Under the pieces are notes generated by a model that was given only the letters and a program-made list of their open reading frames with translations, did not search any database and had not been told where the DNA came from. A DNA stretch of 64,000 bases, taken from Candidatus Poribacteria bacterium. Lineage in GTDB: Bacteria > Poribacteria > WGA-4E > WGA-3G. The position numbers were made by a program, and so were the translations under genes. The DNA lies in assembly GCA_965215265.1 (NCBI GenBank), contig OZ244048.1, positions 1,920,001-1,984,000 on the forward strand. The letters run 5' to 3'. Every line of letters begins with the position of its first letter. The first letter of the stretch is position 1. Below are positions 34,010-43,479 of the stretch, one piece after another.

Positions 34010-35425
34010 ATGTCGAACATGCCGAGGTTAGTCGTTGAAGTCTTTGAACATGTGAATTTTCAGGGACGGAAAGTGACGCTGATTGAGTCAATTTCAAATA
34101 CAGCGGAAATTGGGGCGCAAGATATTATCTCCTCGATCAAGATTTACAAGGGCCCGGGGTTCAATGCGTCGCCAAATTATAAAGCGATTTTTCATGAGCA
34201 TGAGAGTTATAGGGGGCGTAGGCTCGTGTTAGCACCTGGGTTCTACCCCAACATTCACGAGATTCCATACAACTTCGGGGATGCGATTACTTCGATCAGT
34301 TTCAGTCCATCTGCTCATCCGACACCACCAGAATACGGTGCTGTGCCGGTTATCATTGAAGTCTTTCACGATATTGACTACAGCGGGCAACGGAGCGTGA
34401 TCATGCGGGATGTCAGTTCAATGTTTGACATCGGTATGAACGATACGATTTCGTCTATTCGGATCCAGCGTGGGCCGAGTTTCCCGTTTAGCGGATGCCA
34501 TGTGATCTTCTATGAGCACGTAAATTTTGAAGGGCGGCGACTCAGTCTTACTTTGAGCTCGCAGGAGTTCCGCTTAGCACTCCGGAATCTGCGTTCGCTA
34601 CCGCATTCCCAATCGTTTTCAGATATTATTTCCTCTTTAAAGATTGTGCCGTTAGGTGTTTTCCGCGTTTTGATTGTCGTTGGGGATAGCATGAGCGGGG
34701 AACCTGCAGTATTGGAATCGCTAACTACGCTGGAAGGGTTGGAATTCCAATTTACCACGGTGCATATCAATGATAACCCGGACAACCGGGGCGATGCCAA
34801 CAATGCTATAAAACTTTCAAGCGTGACGTTTTCCGAGTACGATATCATTTGGTTCACATGGAATGCGCCCGGACACGATGGCGAATATTTCGTTGAAGAT
34901 GCCGATGAGGCGGTTCGCGATTTTGTTCGGAAGGGGGGTATCGTATGGGCTTCTGCTATGGATAACAATATCATACCGCCGGATGGTGTTCGTACAACAG
35001 AACCAAGTTGGCGCGGTGAGTGGCTACCCGTTGACCGGCACCCGATCCGGGTTACGAATTCTAATGACTGTAACATTACGGTAACTGAGGATGGGCAAAA
35101 AACCGGACTGTTTACCTGGCCTCATAAAATTAACGTTGATACGCTGGTTACCGATGATCATTGGGTGACGAACGACTCCAGTTATCGCAAATTAGCAGTT
35201 AGAGAGGATAATGGGGATGCTGTCAGTATTCAATTGCAGTGGGGCGAGGGCTACTACGTTACGTTTGCTGTGGATACCCGTGATGCGTACCGGACCGCGA
35301 TAGCCAAACCGCTCATTGAAAATGCCCTCTGTTACTTAGCCAATCTTGCTTGGCAGACCTCGCCACGACAACCCCTCAAAGGACGATATCGGACACAACA
35401 TAGTAGCAACACGATATTCCGTTAA
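34010..35425 (+). CDS. Beta/gamma-crystallin domain protein (2 domains) fused to a class I GATase/ThuA-like domain
   Basis: Four Greek keys F/Y.H..F/Y.G with D.ISS Ca-binding motifs. C-terminal YDIIWF...DFVRKGG fold signature. Confidence 0.8.
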   Translation: MSNMPRLVVEVFEHVNFQGRKVTLIESISNTAEIGAQDIISSIKIYKGPGFNASPNYKAIFHEHESYRGRRLVLAPGFYPNIHEIPYNFGDAITSISFSPSAHPTPPEYGAVPVIIEVFHDIDYSGQRSVIMRDVSSMFDIGMNDTISSIRIQRGPSFPFSGCHVIFYEHVNFEGRRLSLTLSSQEFRLALRNLRSLPHSQSFSDIISSLKIVPLGVFRVLIVVGDSMSGEPAVLESLTTLEGLEFQFTTVHINDNPDNRGDANNAIKLSSVTFSEYDIIWFTWNAPGHDGEYFVEDADEAVRDFVRKGGIVWASAMDNNIIPPDGVRTTEPSWRGEWLPVDRHPIRVTNSNDCNITVTEDGQKTGLFTWPHKINVDTLVTDDHWVTNDSSYRKLAVREDNGDAVSIQLQWGEGYYVTFAVDTRDAYRTAIAKPLIENALCYLANLAWQTSPRQPLKGRYRTQHSSNTIFR

Positions 35426-35618
35426 CATTCATGTTCCTTCACAATGGGCTTGCTATATGTACTCGCGGGTTTCGCAAAATCGGGGCTGAAGTCATAGGAG
35501 AACGGCTTTTTTTCTCTGAGCAGCGTTTGGGGGATAGCTGCAGACAGACCTTTTGCCCAGGGGCTACATTGGTTGGTTTGCTTACGTTAACTTTAAAGTT
35601 AGTTTATGGGAGAATTCA

Positions 35619-38183
35619 ATGCGTTTTATTGCTGTTATCGTTTTTTTAATTCTGGTTGCGATTACAATCGGGTACTTCGCGTATGATAACCTGGGCAGCT
35701 TGGCGCAGACGAATCTGATTCGTTGGGTAATCGTTATTGTTTCGGTGTTGTTAGGGCTGCTGATTGCGTTCGCGGTTTCAGTCATCCGGTATCGGATACC
35801 GAAAGCGGATGTTGCGCTCGTTAGAACCGGAGGCTCCCGGGAGAAAATTCGCATCACCGGAGGGCTCTGGCTAAATACTATTCTTCATGAAATCAAGGAG
35901 GTCTCTCTCAACACGATGCGCATTGAGGTGATTCGCGAGGGCCCGGAGGCGTTAATCACCTACGACTTCAACCGTGGCGATGTGGAAGTTGTTTTTTACC
36001 TCAAAGTGGAGCCTGTGGAGGACGAGATCTTGCGTGCGGCACAAGCGCTCGGCGATAAATCAATGACTCCGGAAACTGTGCGTGAATTAATAGAACCCAA
36101 ACTGGAAGGGGCGCTGCGCAGCGTTGCTGCCGAAAGTCAAATCCAAGATCTCCTTCAAAAACGACAAGAATTCGCAGATAAAGTACAAACTGCATGCGGG
36201 GAAGACCTGGAAATACAAAATGGGTTGACGCTTGAGACTGTCTCTATTATACGCGTCGACCAGACACCGGTTGAAACGCTGGATCCGGAGAACCGGTTTG
36301 ACGCGGTCGGTATCCGGGAAATTACTGAAATTACAGCCGAGCAGGAACGCGAAAAGACACGGATTGTTCAAGAAAAAGAGGTGGCAATCGCTCAAATTGA
36401 GATGGATGCACGCGTCCGGAAACTTGAGATCGAACAGGAACAGTCCTGGGCAGAATCCGACCAGCAGAAAAATATTGCTGTTTATGCCGCCGAACGGGAG
36501 GCGGAAACTCTCAAAGTTCAATATGAGATGGAACAGAGTATCGAAGAGAGTCGATATCAGAAGGAGAGAGAGGTTGAACGTGCACGTATCGCCCAAGAAC
36601 AGGCCGTCCAAGAACGAGAAATTGAGATGAACCGAGATGTTGAAGTGGCACGCGTCCAACAAGAACAGATTGTCGCTGAACGCGAAATTGAGAAAAATCT
36701 CATCGTTGAAACACAACAGATTGAGCAATCCAAAGTTGTTCAACTCGCCGAGATTGAGCAGCATCTCACCGTGCAACTGCAGAAAATTGCGCAGGAACAG
36801 AGCATTGCTGTTCGCGATATAGAGAAGGAGTTGTTTGTAGAGAAGGCACGTATTGTGCAAGAAGAGGGCGTGATGTTGCGTGATATTGAGCGGGATTTAT
36901 TGGTCCAGACAGAGCGTTTTAGTCAAGAGCAGCAGGTTCAACAGCGTGAGATAGAGAAGAACCTGGTTGTAGAGACAGCACAAATCGATCAGATTCGACA
37001 AGTGGAGTTGGCGGAGATAGCGAAAACGCTTGCGATAGAGATAACGCGGGTTGCGCAAGAACAACAGGTAGAGACGCGTGAGATAGAGAAGGAGTTGTTT
37101 GTAGAGAAGGCACGTATTGTGCAAGAAGAGGGCGTGATGTTGCGTGATATTGAGCGGGATTTATTGGTTCAGACAGAGCGTTTTAGTCAAGAGCAACAGG
37201 TTCAACAGCGTGAGATAGAGAAGAACCTGGTTGTGGAGACAGCACAAATCGACCAGATGCGGCAAGTAGAGCTGGCAGAGATAGCGAAAACGCTTGCGAT
37301 AGAGATAACGCGGGTTGCGCAAGAACAACAGGTAGAGACGCGTGAGATAGAGAAGGAGTTGTTTGTAGAGAAGGCACGTATTGTGCAAGAAGAGGGCGTG
37401 ATGTTGCGTGATATTGAGCGGGATTTATTGGTTCAGACAGAGCGTTTTAGTCAAGAGCAACAGGTTCAACAGCGTGAGATAGAGAAGAACCTGGTTGTGG
37501 AGACAGCACAAATCGACCAGATGCGGCAAGTAGAGCTGGCAGAGATAGCCAAAATGTTAACGGTGGAACAATCCCGGATAAGCCAGGAATTGCGTGTGAC
37601 GTTGAGTGATGAAGATAGGAAAATTGACGTTGCCAATAAACAGCAGTTGACAGCACTTGCCGAGAAAGAGCAGTTGATTGCAGAGGCTGAACGAATGGGT
37701 GCCGAAGTGGACGTGACTGCAACGGAACAGCGCAAAGAGGCGGAGTGGCAGCGCGAAGTTGCAATCATCGGGGCAGAGGCACAGGCGCAGCCTATTGAAC
37801 GTCTCGCCGATGCAGTACTTGCTGAGGCGCGTGCGAAGGCACAGGGTGAGATGGCAGAGTACGAGGCGCGGAACGTTGCTGAGCAACGGGTTCTAGTACA
37901 GGAAGCCATCATGGAGCTCATTGACGAGCTCCCGGATATTGTTGAGGAAATGATGAGACCTGTTGAGAAAATCGACAGCATTAAAATTTTGGATATGGGA
38001 GGCAATGATGGACAAGGCGGTGTCAACCGCAGCAATATGGGACGTCTCGCGAATGCGTTGCTTGATACCGGGGCGATTTCACCGATGTTAAAGGAATTGT
38101 TCAACTTTGCAGATGTTGACGCGCAACAGATTACAGATAAAATCGCCGAATATCTCGCTGACTTGGTTAATCGTCCCAATTAA
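35619..38183 (+). CDS. Flotillin/SPFH family protein with an expanded coiled-coil
   Basis: 2 TM segments, ALVRTG, EGALRSVAA, NGLTLETVSI, NRFDAVG, and C-terminal PVEKIDSIKI. Confidence 0.9.
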   Translation: MRFIAVIVFLILVAITIGYFAYDNLGSLAQTNLIRWVIVIVSVLLGLLIAFAVSVIRYRIPKADVALVRTGGSREKIRITGGLWLNTILHEIKEVSLNTMRIEVIREGPEALITYDFNRGDVEVVFYLKVEPVEDEILRAAQALGDKSMTPETVRELIEPKLEGALRSVAAESQIQDLLQKRQEFADKVQTACGEDLEIQNGLTLETVSIIRVDQTPVETLDPENRFDAVGIREITEITAEQEREKTRIVQEKEVAIAQIEMDARVRKLEIEQEQSWAESDQQKNIAVYAAEREAETLKVQYEMEQSIEESRYQKEREVERARIAQEQAVQEREIEMNRDVEVARVQQEQIVAEREIEKNLIVETQQIEQSKVVQLAEIEQHLTVQLQKIAQEQSIAVRDIEKELFVEKARIVQEEGVMLRDIERDLLVQTERFSQEQQVQQREIEKNLVVETAQIDQIRQVELAEIAKTLAIEITRVAQEQQVETREIEKELFVEKARIVQEEGVMLRDIERDLLVQTERFSQEQQVQQREIEKNLVVETAQIDQMRQVELAEIAKTLAIEITRVAQEQQVETREIEKELFVEKARIVQEEGVMLRDIERDLLVQTERFSQEQQVQQREIEKNLVVETAQIDQMRQVELAEIAKMLTVEQSRISQELRVTLSDEDRKIDVANKQQLTALAEKEQLIAEAERMGAEVDVTATEQRKEAEWQREVAIIGAEAQAQPIERLADAVLAEARAKAQGEMAEYEARNVAEQRVLVQEAIMELIDELPDIVEEMMRPVEKIDSIKILDMGGNDGQGGVNRSNMGRLANALLDTGAISPMLKELFNFADVDAQQITDKIAEYLADLVNRPN
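36819..37549 (+). repeat. Intragenic tandem repeat, 264 bp x ~2.8 (88 aa; underlying 22-aa period)
   Basis: ATAGAGAAGGAGTTGTTTGTAG begins at 36819, 37083 and 37347. The copies are nearly identical. Confidence 0.95.
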
Positions 38184-38284
38184 CTTGAGCGGCACGAGGA
38201 ACTCAAGACGTTGTGGGAGGAATGGGGAGCACGTTAAGAGAGACGCATTATTGAACCTTAAATTCTCTTTGGAACCATTAACCG

Positions 38285-39589
38285 ATGCGACATCAAAAAC
38301 GCCTAACCGCACGAAAACGCCCCAGACGGCAACGCTGCCGGACGTGTCGTTCTGATAACGGCAAACGCATCTGTCCGGCGCTCAACGGTATGTTAATCTG
38401 TCCTGAATGCTGTCGAGCAAAACGCGCTAAGATTCCTGGCTGCGACGAGAGGTGCCGGTACTACGCTCCGCTCATTGTCGAAAGCAAGACGCATAGCCCA
38501 TCTAATTTCCCGATGCATAGGTGTCTTGTGAGTCGCTCAGTGGATACCGGCATGTTAATCGTCGTAGGCACGCGTAAACGTCCAGATGGGAACCTGAAAG
38601 CGATGTTTCTTCTGCTTGACCTCTGGAAAAAGGGCATCCGGGACTGTTTTTTTGATGCGAAGCTCTCTGAAAAACAGTTTGAGCGCGTGGCGCAAAAAAT
38701 TGGCAAAATTTACAATTTAATGGAATATGCAGATCTGGACGACACGGACGAAAAAGAGACAGCGGCAGTGCCGGTAGATATTCGTATGCCAAAAGATACG
38801 CTTGTTATTGAAGCAGATGCTGCTGTACACCTTGACAAAGGGGTCCGGACCGTTGAGCATGAAGGTGCGTCTGGTAGAAAAGCGATTGATAGCCTGAGAG
38901 GCGCGCGTGCAATACACGAAATCTATATTCCCAAAACAGGAAGATGGTACGTCTGGTTACGCGTGTTGTTTGACGGGGGCGGAAAAGATTCGTATTGGGT
39001 CGGTATGGACGACGCGGTGCCACACCCGTGGAACCAAGAAGGGGGGCCCGGTGCCATTAAAATTTATGCAGAACCTGACGACTCAAAAAAATGGGGACGC
39101 TGGCTGTGGGATTCTGGCGTAGACAATATCCATGGTGTCAGTCCGTGTTTTTTTCAGGTAAAACGGACGGGGTACTATCAACTCTGGTCGAAGGGCAGGG
39201 AGCCCGGCTCTCGCTTAGACCAGATCTGTCTGACACGTTCTCGAAATTTTAATCCGGAAACAGCGTCGGATGGAAAACCGCTGCCAATTATGCGGGCACC
39301 GCATCCTTACGAACCAATTTCCGTTCATGAATGCCAAAAACTCATCCGCCATGCCGTTGACATTGCAACCGCTGTTAAAACCGAGTTGCCTTGGGAATTT
39401 CAATACTGGGTCCGCGATATGTGGGGGGATATCTCCGAATTTCCTAAAACGGAAGGTTCTCTCTACAAGTGCCCGAAGTGTGGTGAAGAAATTCCCAAAC
39501 AAGCAGTTGAACTGATGATACAACACGCGCAATCGGATGATATTCAATTTTACATCTTATGCCGAAAATGCGGCGGCGAATTTGATTAA
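38285..39589 (+). CDS. Hypothetical protein: Cys-rich N-terminus, inserted CBM-like beta-sandwich and C-terminal CxxC zinc ribbon
   Basis: CRTC...CPAL...CPECC...C...C; IEA...Y.VWLR...DSYWV...GREPG.RLDQI.LT; CPKC...CRKC. Confidence 0.7.
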   Translation: MRHQKRLTARKRPRRQRCRTCRSDNGKRICPALNGMLICPECCRAKRAKIPGCDERCRYYAPLIVESKTHSPSNFPMHRCLVSRSVDTGMLIVVGTRKRPDGNLKAMFLLLDLWKKGIRDCFFDAKLSEKQFERVAQKIGKIYNLMEYADLDDTDEKETAAVPVDIRMPKDTLVIEADAAVHLDKGVRTVEHEGASGRKAIDSLRGARAIHEIYIPKTGRWYVWLRVLFDGGGKDSYWVGMDDAVPHPWNQEGGPGAIKIYAEPDDSKKWGRWLWDSGVDNIHGVSPCFFQVKRTGYYQLWSKGREPGSRLDQICLTRSRNFNPETASDGKPLPIMRAPHPYEPISVHECQKLIRHAVDIATAVKTELPWEFQYWVRDMWGDISEFPKTEGSLYKCPKCGEEIPKQAVELMIQHAQSDDIQFYILCRKCGGEFD

Positions 39590-39677
39590 AGTCAGCTAAA
39601 TTTCATGTGTACAACTTGGACTGTAGAGCGCGTCAGAGCGTTGCCTTAGTTATTTTAGTAAGGTTTTGTATATCGGT

Positions 39678-41831
39678 ATGTGTCGTACCCTCCTGATTAT
39701 AAGTCTAATCCTCTTTACGCACCTCTGCATCGCCTGCATCGCCGCGCCACCGAACCCTTACCGTTTTTTTGATGTCGATGCAGTGACAGGTAAATTGGAA
39801 CCCAAGTCTCCCGAAAGTGCGGCTAAATTCTTAGAGGCACTGGATGGCTGCTGCTTTGCCGCGCCGCAGCGCAGCTTACAGCCCGATGGTGTTGAGTATG
39901 TGCTTGCACTAAAAGTGGATTTTGTTGATATGCCCGGGCGTAGAAGTGGTGCGGAATTAACACGATACCTTTTTGATACAGAAGGTGTCTCCTTGAAAAC
40001 CTACTATTGGGAGAATTCTTATGGCCAGATGGATGTTCAATCAGGTCCGCTTGGTGGTGTTATCCCAGCAGGCAATGAGTGGATACGTGCGAAAAAACCG
40101 ATGAGTTATTATGGCGAGGGTGCTGGCGTTAACGTCATCCGCAGTCAAGAATTGGTGCGTGAGGTGTGTGAAGCCGTGGATGCAAGCGTCGATTTTTCCC
40201 AGTATGACCGCGACAAGGATGGAGTCGTCGATCACGTTTTCATCATCCATTCGGGGAATGACAATGCAGCGTCTGCTGTGCCTGAGGACATCTGGTCGGT
40301 TTTAACGCCGGGTATTAATCTGGAACTTGATGGGGTACTCATTGAGACTGCTGTTCTGGTTGCTGAGGAGCCCGATTTTGAGAAACCGCATTTGGGCATC
40401 TATTTCCACGAATTTTTTCACGATTTCGGCGCGCCAGATATTTACGGACTGAATTTCACCGATGCCCGCGACCACAAGTGGGGACTGATGGGCGCGTTCG
40501 GCCCCTATCAGGGGCCTGAGGTACTTGGATTGGGCAACGGTTTAGCCCCTAGTCATATCATGGGCTATCTTAAATGGGATTTTGATGCTCGTCCTGAGAA
40601 TGGTCGTGTCGGATGGATTGAACCTGTTACGATCACACAAAATCAGAGTATCTCTATTCCGAGTTTTGAGCTTCCTCCGAAAACCGACAAACTTTTCAAA
40701 ATTGATGTCACTAAACCCGCTGCCGGGTTTGAAAAACTGTCCTTACCCGGTGCGTCTGAATTTTTCCTCATAGAAAATCGTTACAAAGCCTCAGGCGCGA
40801 CGTTTGATACCTACTTGCCAGAATCTGGTATTCTGATATGGCATATTGATGAAACGCGTGTGCGGCCCCTTGGCAGCTTTGATGCCTCGGAACAGATTTG
40901 GCTTGAAGATCCGACAGATCCGGAACACATCGGAATCTCAGATCCCGTGACGAAGTTTATAGATATTCAGAGCATTACGAACGGTGCAGCTTACTCAGCT
41001 GACGATGGCCAGACTTCTTTTACCCCTGGAAGTTTGCCTAATAGCAACGCTAACGATGGAACTGTAACCGGCATCTCAATTACTAATATCGGGCATGAGG
41101 GGTTCACTGTTCCTCTGCGGGTGTCGTTTGGGGATACATACGAGCCCAACGATACGTTCGCAAGTGCGTTTCCGCTCAGATATGGGCAGCTGTACGAATC
41201 CTTTCTGTTTGATACAAGTGATATGCGCGATATCTACCAGTTGGAAGTTATCAAAGGTGTCACGATTCGGGTGACACTCGCTGATGTTCCATTCGGACAG
41301 GAATACCGCCTATTTCTCGTTAAAGGGGTAGGGGAAATTATACAAGAAACCTATTTAGATATTCCTGATTCTGTTCGTGCGACACCTCTCACCGATACTG
41401 TTGGACTTCAACTGATTTATCAGCCTGATGTTACAGGTACATTCTACATTGTCATAGAATCCGATAGCGGCTTCAGCAGTGTTGATTCTTACCTATTGCA
41501 GGTGGAGCAGTTAGAGGCGGGGGCTTTCGCCTTGTCGGAACTTCGGATTTATCCGAATCCGCTGCGCGTCGGTGATGGCATGATGAAGTTTGAATATCGG
41601 CTCGCTGCGTCCCAAACTGCGGATACTGTCAAACTTGAGATTTTTAGTCTCGCTGGGGATATGGTTTATAGTGAGACACATCGGGATGTCTTTTCACCTG
41701 GGACGTTCGAGTGGCAGGCCGTAACGCGGCAGGGCAGTCCGATTGCAGCGGGCATCTACATTTACCGAATCTCTGCGATACAAGCGGATATAAGCGGGCA
41801 ACAGATTGGCAAGGTGAGTATTCTCAAATAA
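39678..41831 (+). CDS. M6 family (immune inhibitor A-like) metalloprotease with PPC-like and FlgD/T9SS-CTD-like domains
   Basis: YYWENSYG, DFSQYD.DKDG.VD, HEFFHDFGAPD, EFFLIENR, GILIWHIDE and YPNP...GIYIY. Confidence 0.88.
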   Translation: MCRTLLIISLILFTHLCIACIAAPPNPYRFFDVDAVTGKLEPKSPESAAKFLEALDGCCFAAPQRSLQPDGVEYVLALKVDFVDMPGRRSGAELTRYLFDTEGVSLKTYYWENSYGQMDVQSGPLGGVIPAGNEWIRAKKPMSYYGEGAGVNVIRSQELVREVCEAVDASVDFSQYDRDKDGVVDHVFIIHSGNDNAASAVPEDIWSVLTPGINLELDGVLIETAVLVAEEPDFEKPHLGIYFHEFFHDFGAPDIYGLNFTDARDHKWGLMGAFGPYQGPEVLGLGNGLAPSHIMGYLKWDFDARPENGRVGWIEPVTITQNQSISIPSFELPPKTDKLFKIDVTKPAAGFEKLSLPGASEFFLIENRYKASGATFDTYLPESGILIWHIDETRVRPLGSFDASEQIWLEDPTDPEHIGISDPVTKFIDIQSITNGAAYSADDGQTSFTPGSLPNSNANDGTVTGISITNIGHEGFTVPLRVSFGDTYEPNDTFASAFPLRYGQLYESFLFDTSDMRDIYQLEVIKGVTIRVTLADVPFGQEYRLFLVKGVGEIIQETYLDIPDSVRATPLTDTVGLQLIYQPDVTGTFYIVIESDSGFSSVDSYLLQVEQLEAGAFALSELRIYPNPLRVGDGMMKFEYRLAASQTADTVKLEIFSLAGDMVYSETHRDVFSPGTFEWQAVTRQGSPIAAGIYIYRISAIQADISGQQIGKVSILK

Positions 41832-41927
41832 TGCCCCGGTAGGTACCAACGTCTTCTTGTAAAAGACATGACACGCACAAAAACTGGCGTGCTAAATCCG
41901 CTTTATTGCTTTCTGCAAGAAAAAAAA

Positions 41928-41956
41928 TTGACTAAAAACTGCAATTATGATAATTT
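41928..41956 (+). promoter_or_regulatory. sigma70-type promoter
   Basis: TTGACT-N17-TAATTT with extended TG. Confidence 0.45.
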
Positions 41957-42068
41957 AAAGGAAAGCCGTTTGGCATACGCATTAAAAGTCGGGGCGGACG
42001 GTGCGTGTTGTGCAACTTATTGTTATATCCGCCCGAAGTGAATTATAAACAAGGAGGCAATATTATCA

Positions 42069-43151
42069 ATGAAATCGTTCAATAAATTGCAACATGGTGC
42101 TACAAAGGGCGTTCTATCGACATGGCTTAGTCTTGCCGTGCTATTTGCGTTTGCGCTCGGCCTTATAGGGTGTGGTACCTCCCTCAGCAACTTAGCTCCG
42201 ATTCAACCTGTGCAGAATATAGCAGATGCGTTGATGTTACAGAGCGAAAAACCTAACCAGGAAGTAGTTGTACCTGCTATTCCTGATGAGGACCTTGCTA
42301 AACCGATTCTGGACAAGTACGGGATGCGGACCGTTGGGTTCCGCATTGGTAAAGCGCAAGATGTGAACATGCAAGCGTTAACTTATCTTCTGGCGTTTAA
42401 CGAGTACGCGCATATGGAAGAAGAGTGGGGCCAATTTCTAAGCGAGTGGGGCGAAACCAAAACTCAGATTGAAATGGGCACGGGGGATGATAAGAAGATG
42501 GTTGATGCTATTTTGGTGTCAGATCTTCCGACACTCTTTCAGGTTCAGGCGAAACAGCCTATTCTGACCAAGACCCAAGATGGTGTTACGGTTTCGATTG
42601 TTTATTGGCGGCGCCCAGATTTAGACCGGAAGTACAACCGTGGCAACGCTTTTTCGCCTTTTTATGAGACAGAGGCACTCCACCAAGGTGACAAAACGGA
42701 TGTGTTTTACGTCAAGATTACCAACAATCGGAGTGAAAACATCCTCTTTGATGTGACAAAGTGCAAGATCGTTGACCAAGGGGAAAATGAATACTACGGT
42801 ATGAATTATGATGATTTAGAGGAACGTCTCACGCTAATTCCGCGTGCGACAGGGCTCTATGTAAAAAATGGGCTTGAAAATGCGCGGCAGATCTTGATTG
42901 AGCGGCGCATGAAGATTGTTGAAAAGCAGGTTGGTGCTCGTCGTACTGGTGTACCCCCAGGCGAGAGCGCAGAGGGTTTTTTGCCTTTTACCCAGACGAA
43001 GCTGAACGCGGTCGAACTGAACATCATTCTTCCTATTGAAAAGGCACCGCCACCGGGCGGCGCGCAGCGTTACCAAATGGTAGAGTTTAAATTTCCGTTT
43101 ACACACGACAGAGGTATTCGGCTGGCACAGCCTTCCCCGAGACGTTATTAG
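42069..43151 (+). CDS. Hypothetical lipoprotein
   Basis: AAGGAGG RBS and lipobox LIGC. Confidence 0.7.
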   Translation: MKSFNKLQHGATKGVLSTWLSLAVLFAFALGLIGCGTSLSNLAPIQPVQNIADALMLQSEKPNQEVVVPAIPDEDLAKPILDKYGMRTVGFRIGKAQDVNMQALTYLLAFNEYAHMEEEWGQFLSEWGETKTQIEMGTGDDKKMVDAILVSDLPTLFQVQAKQPILTKTQDGVTVSIVYWRRPDLDRKYNRGNAFSPFYETEALHQGDKTDVFYVKITNNRSENILFDVTKCKIVDQGENEYYGMNYDDLEERLTLIPRATGLYVKNGLENARQILIERRMKIVEKQVGARRTGVPPGESAEGFLPFTQTKLNAVELNIILPIEKAPPPGGAQRYQMVEFKFPFTHDRGIRLAQPSPRRY

Positions 43152-43250
43152 GCTTGCGTCGTAGGAGCCGCTTCTTCCTTGTTTCGGTTGTGTACGAGAT
43201 AGCTGTACGTCTGCACAGGAGTGCTCGGCAGCGCAATTTTTAACGTTTTC

Positions 43251-43286
43251 AAATGCTCGCTGTGGTTTCCTGCAGCGAGCATTTTT
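43251..43286. terminator. Intrinsic (possibly bidirectional) terminator
   Basis: AAATGCTCGCTG-loop-CAGCGAGCATTTTT between convergent genes. Confidence 0.65.
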
Positions 43287-43479
43287 GTGTGTTGGATATA
43301 GTAGATTTTAGAATTATCTATATATTATCCGTTCGTGTGCGACGTTTTCAGAGGCAGCGGCACCGGTAGGAGCAAGCTCCGGAGCCAGATCGTTTTGCGC
43401 ACTACGGTACCCTACCCCGGGACTGGGAGAAGGGGTTTTCTGACTTTTCTCCTATAACTCCTAATGCAGACAAGACAAC

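Noticed and set aside
36819-37549. CRISPR array
   Set aside because: The repeats are contiguous 264-bp in-frame coding units with no spacers.
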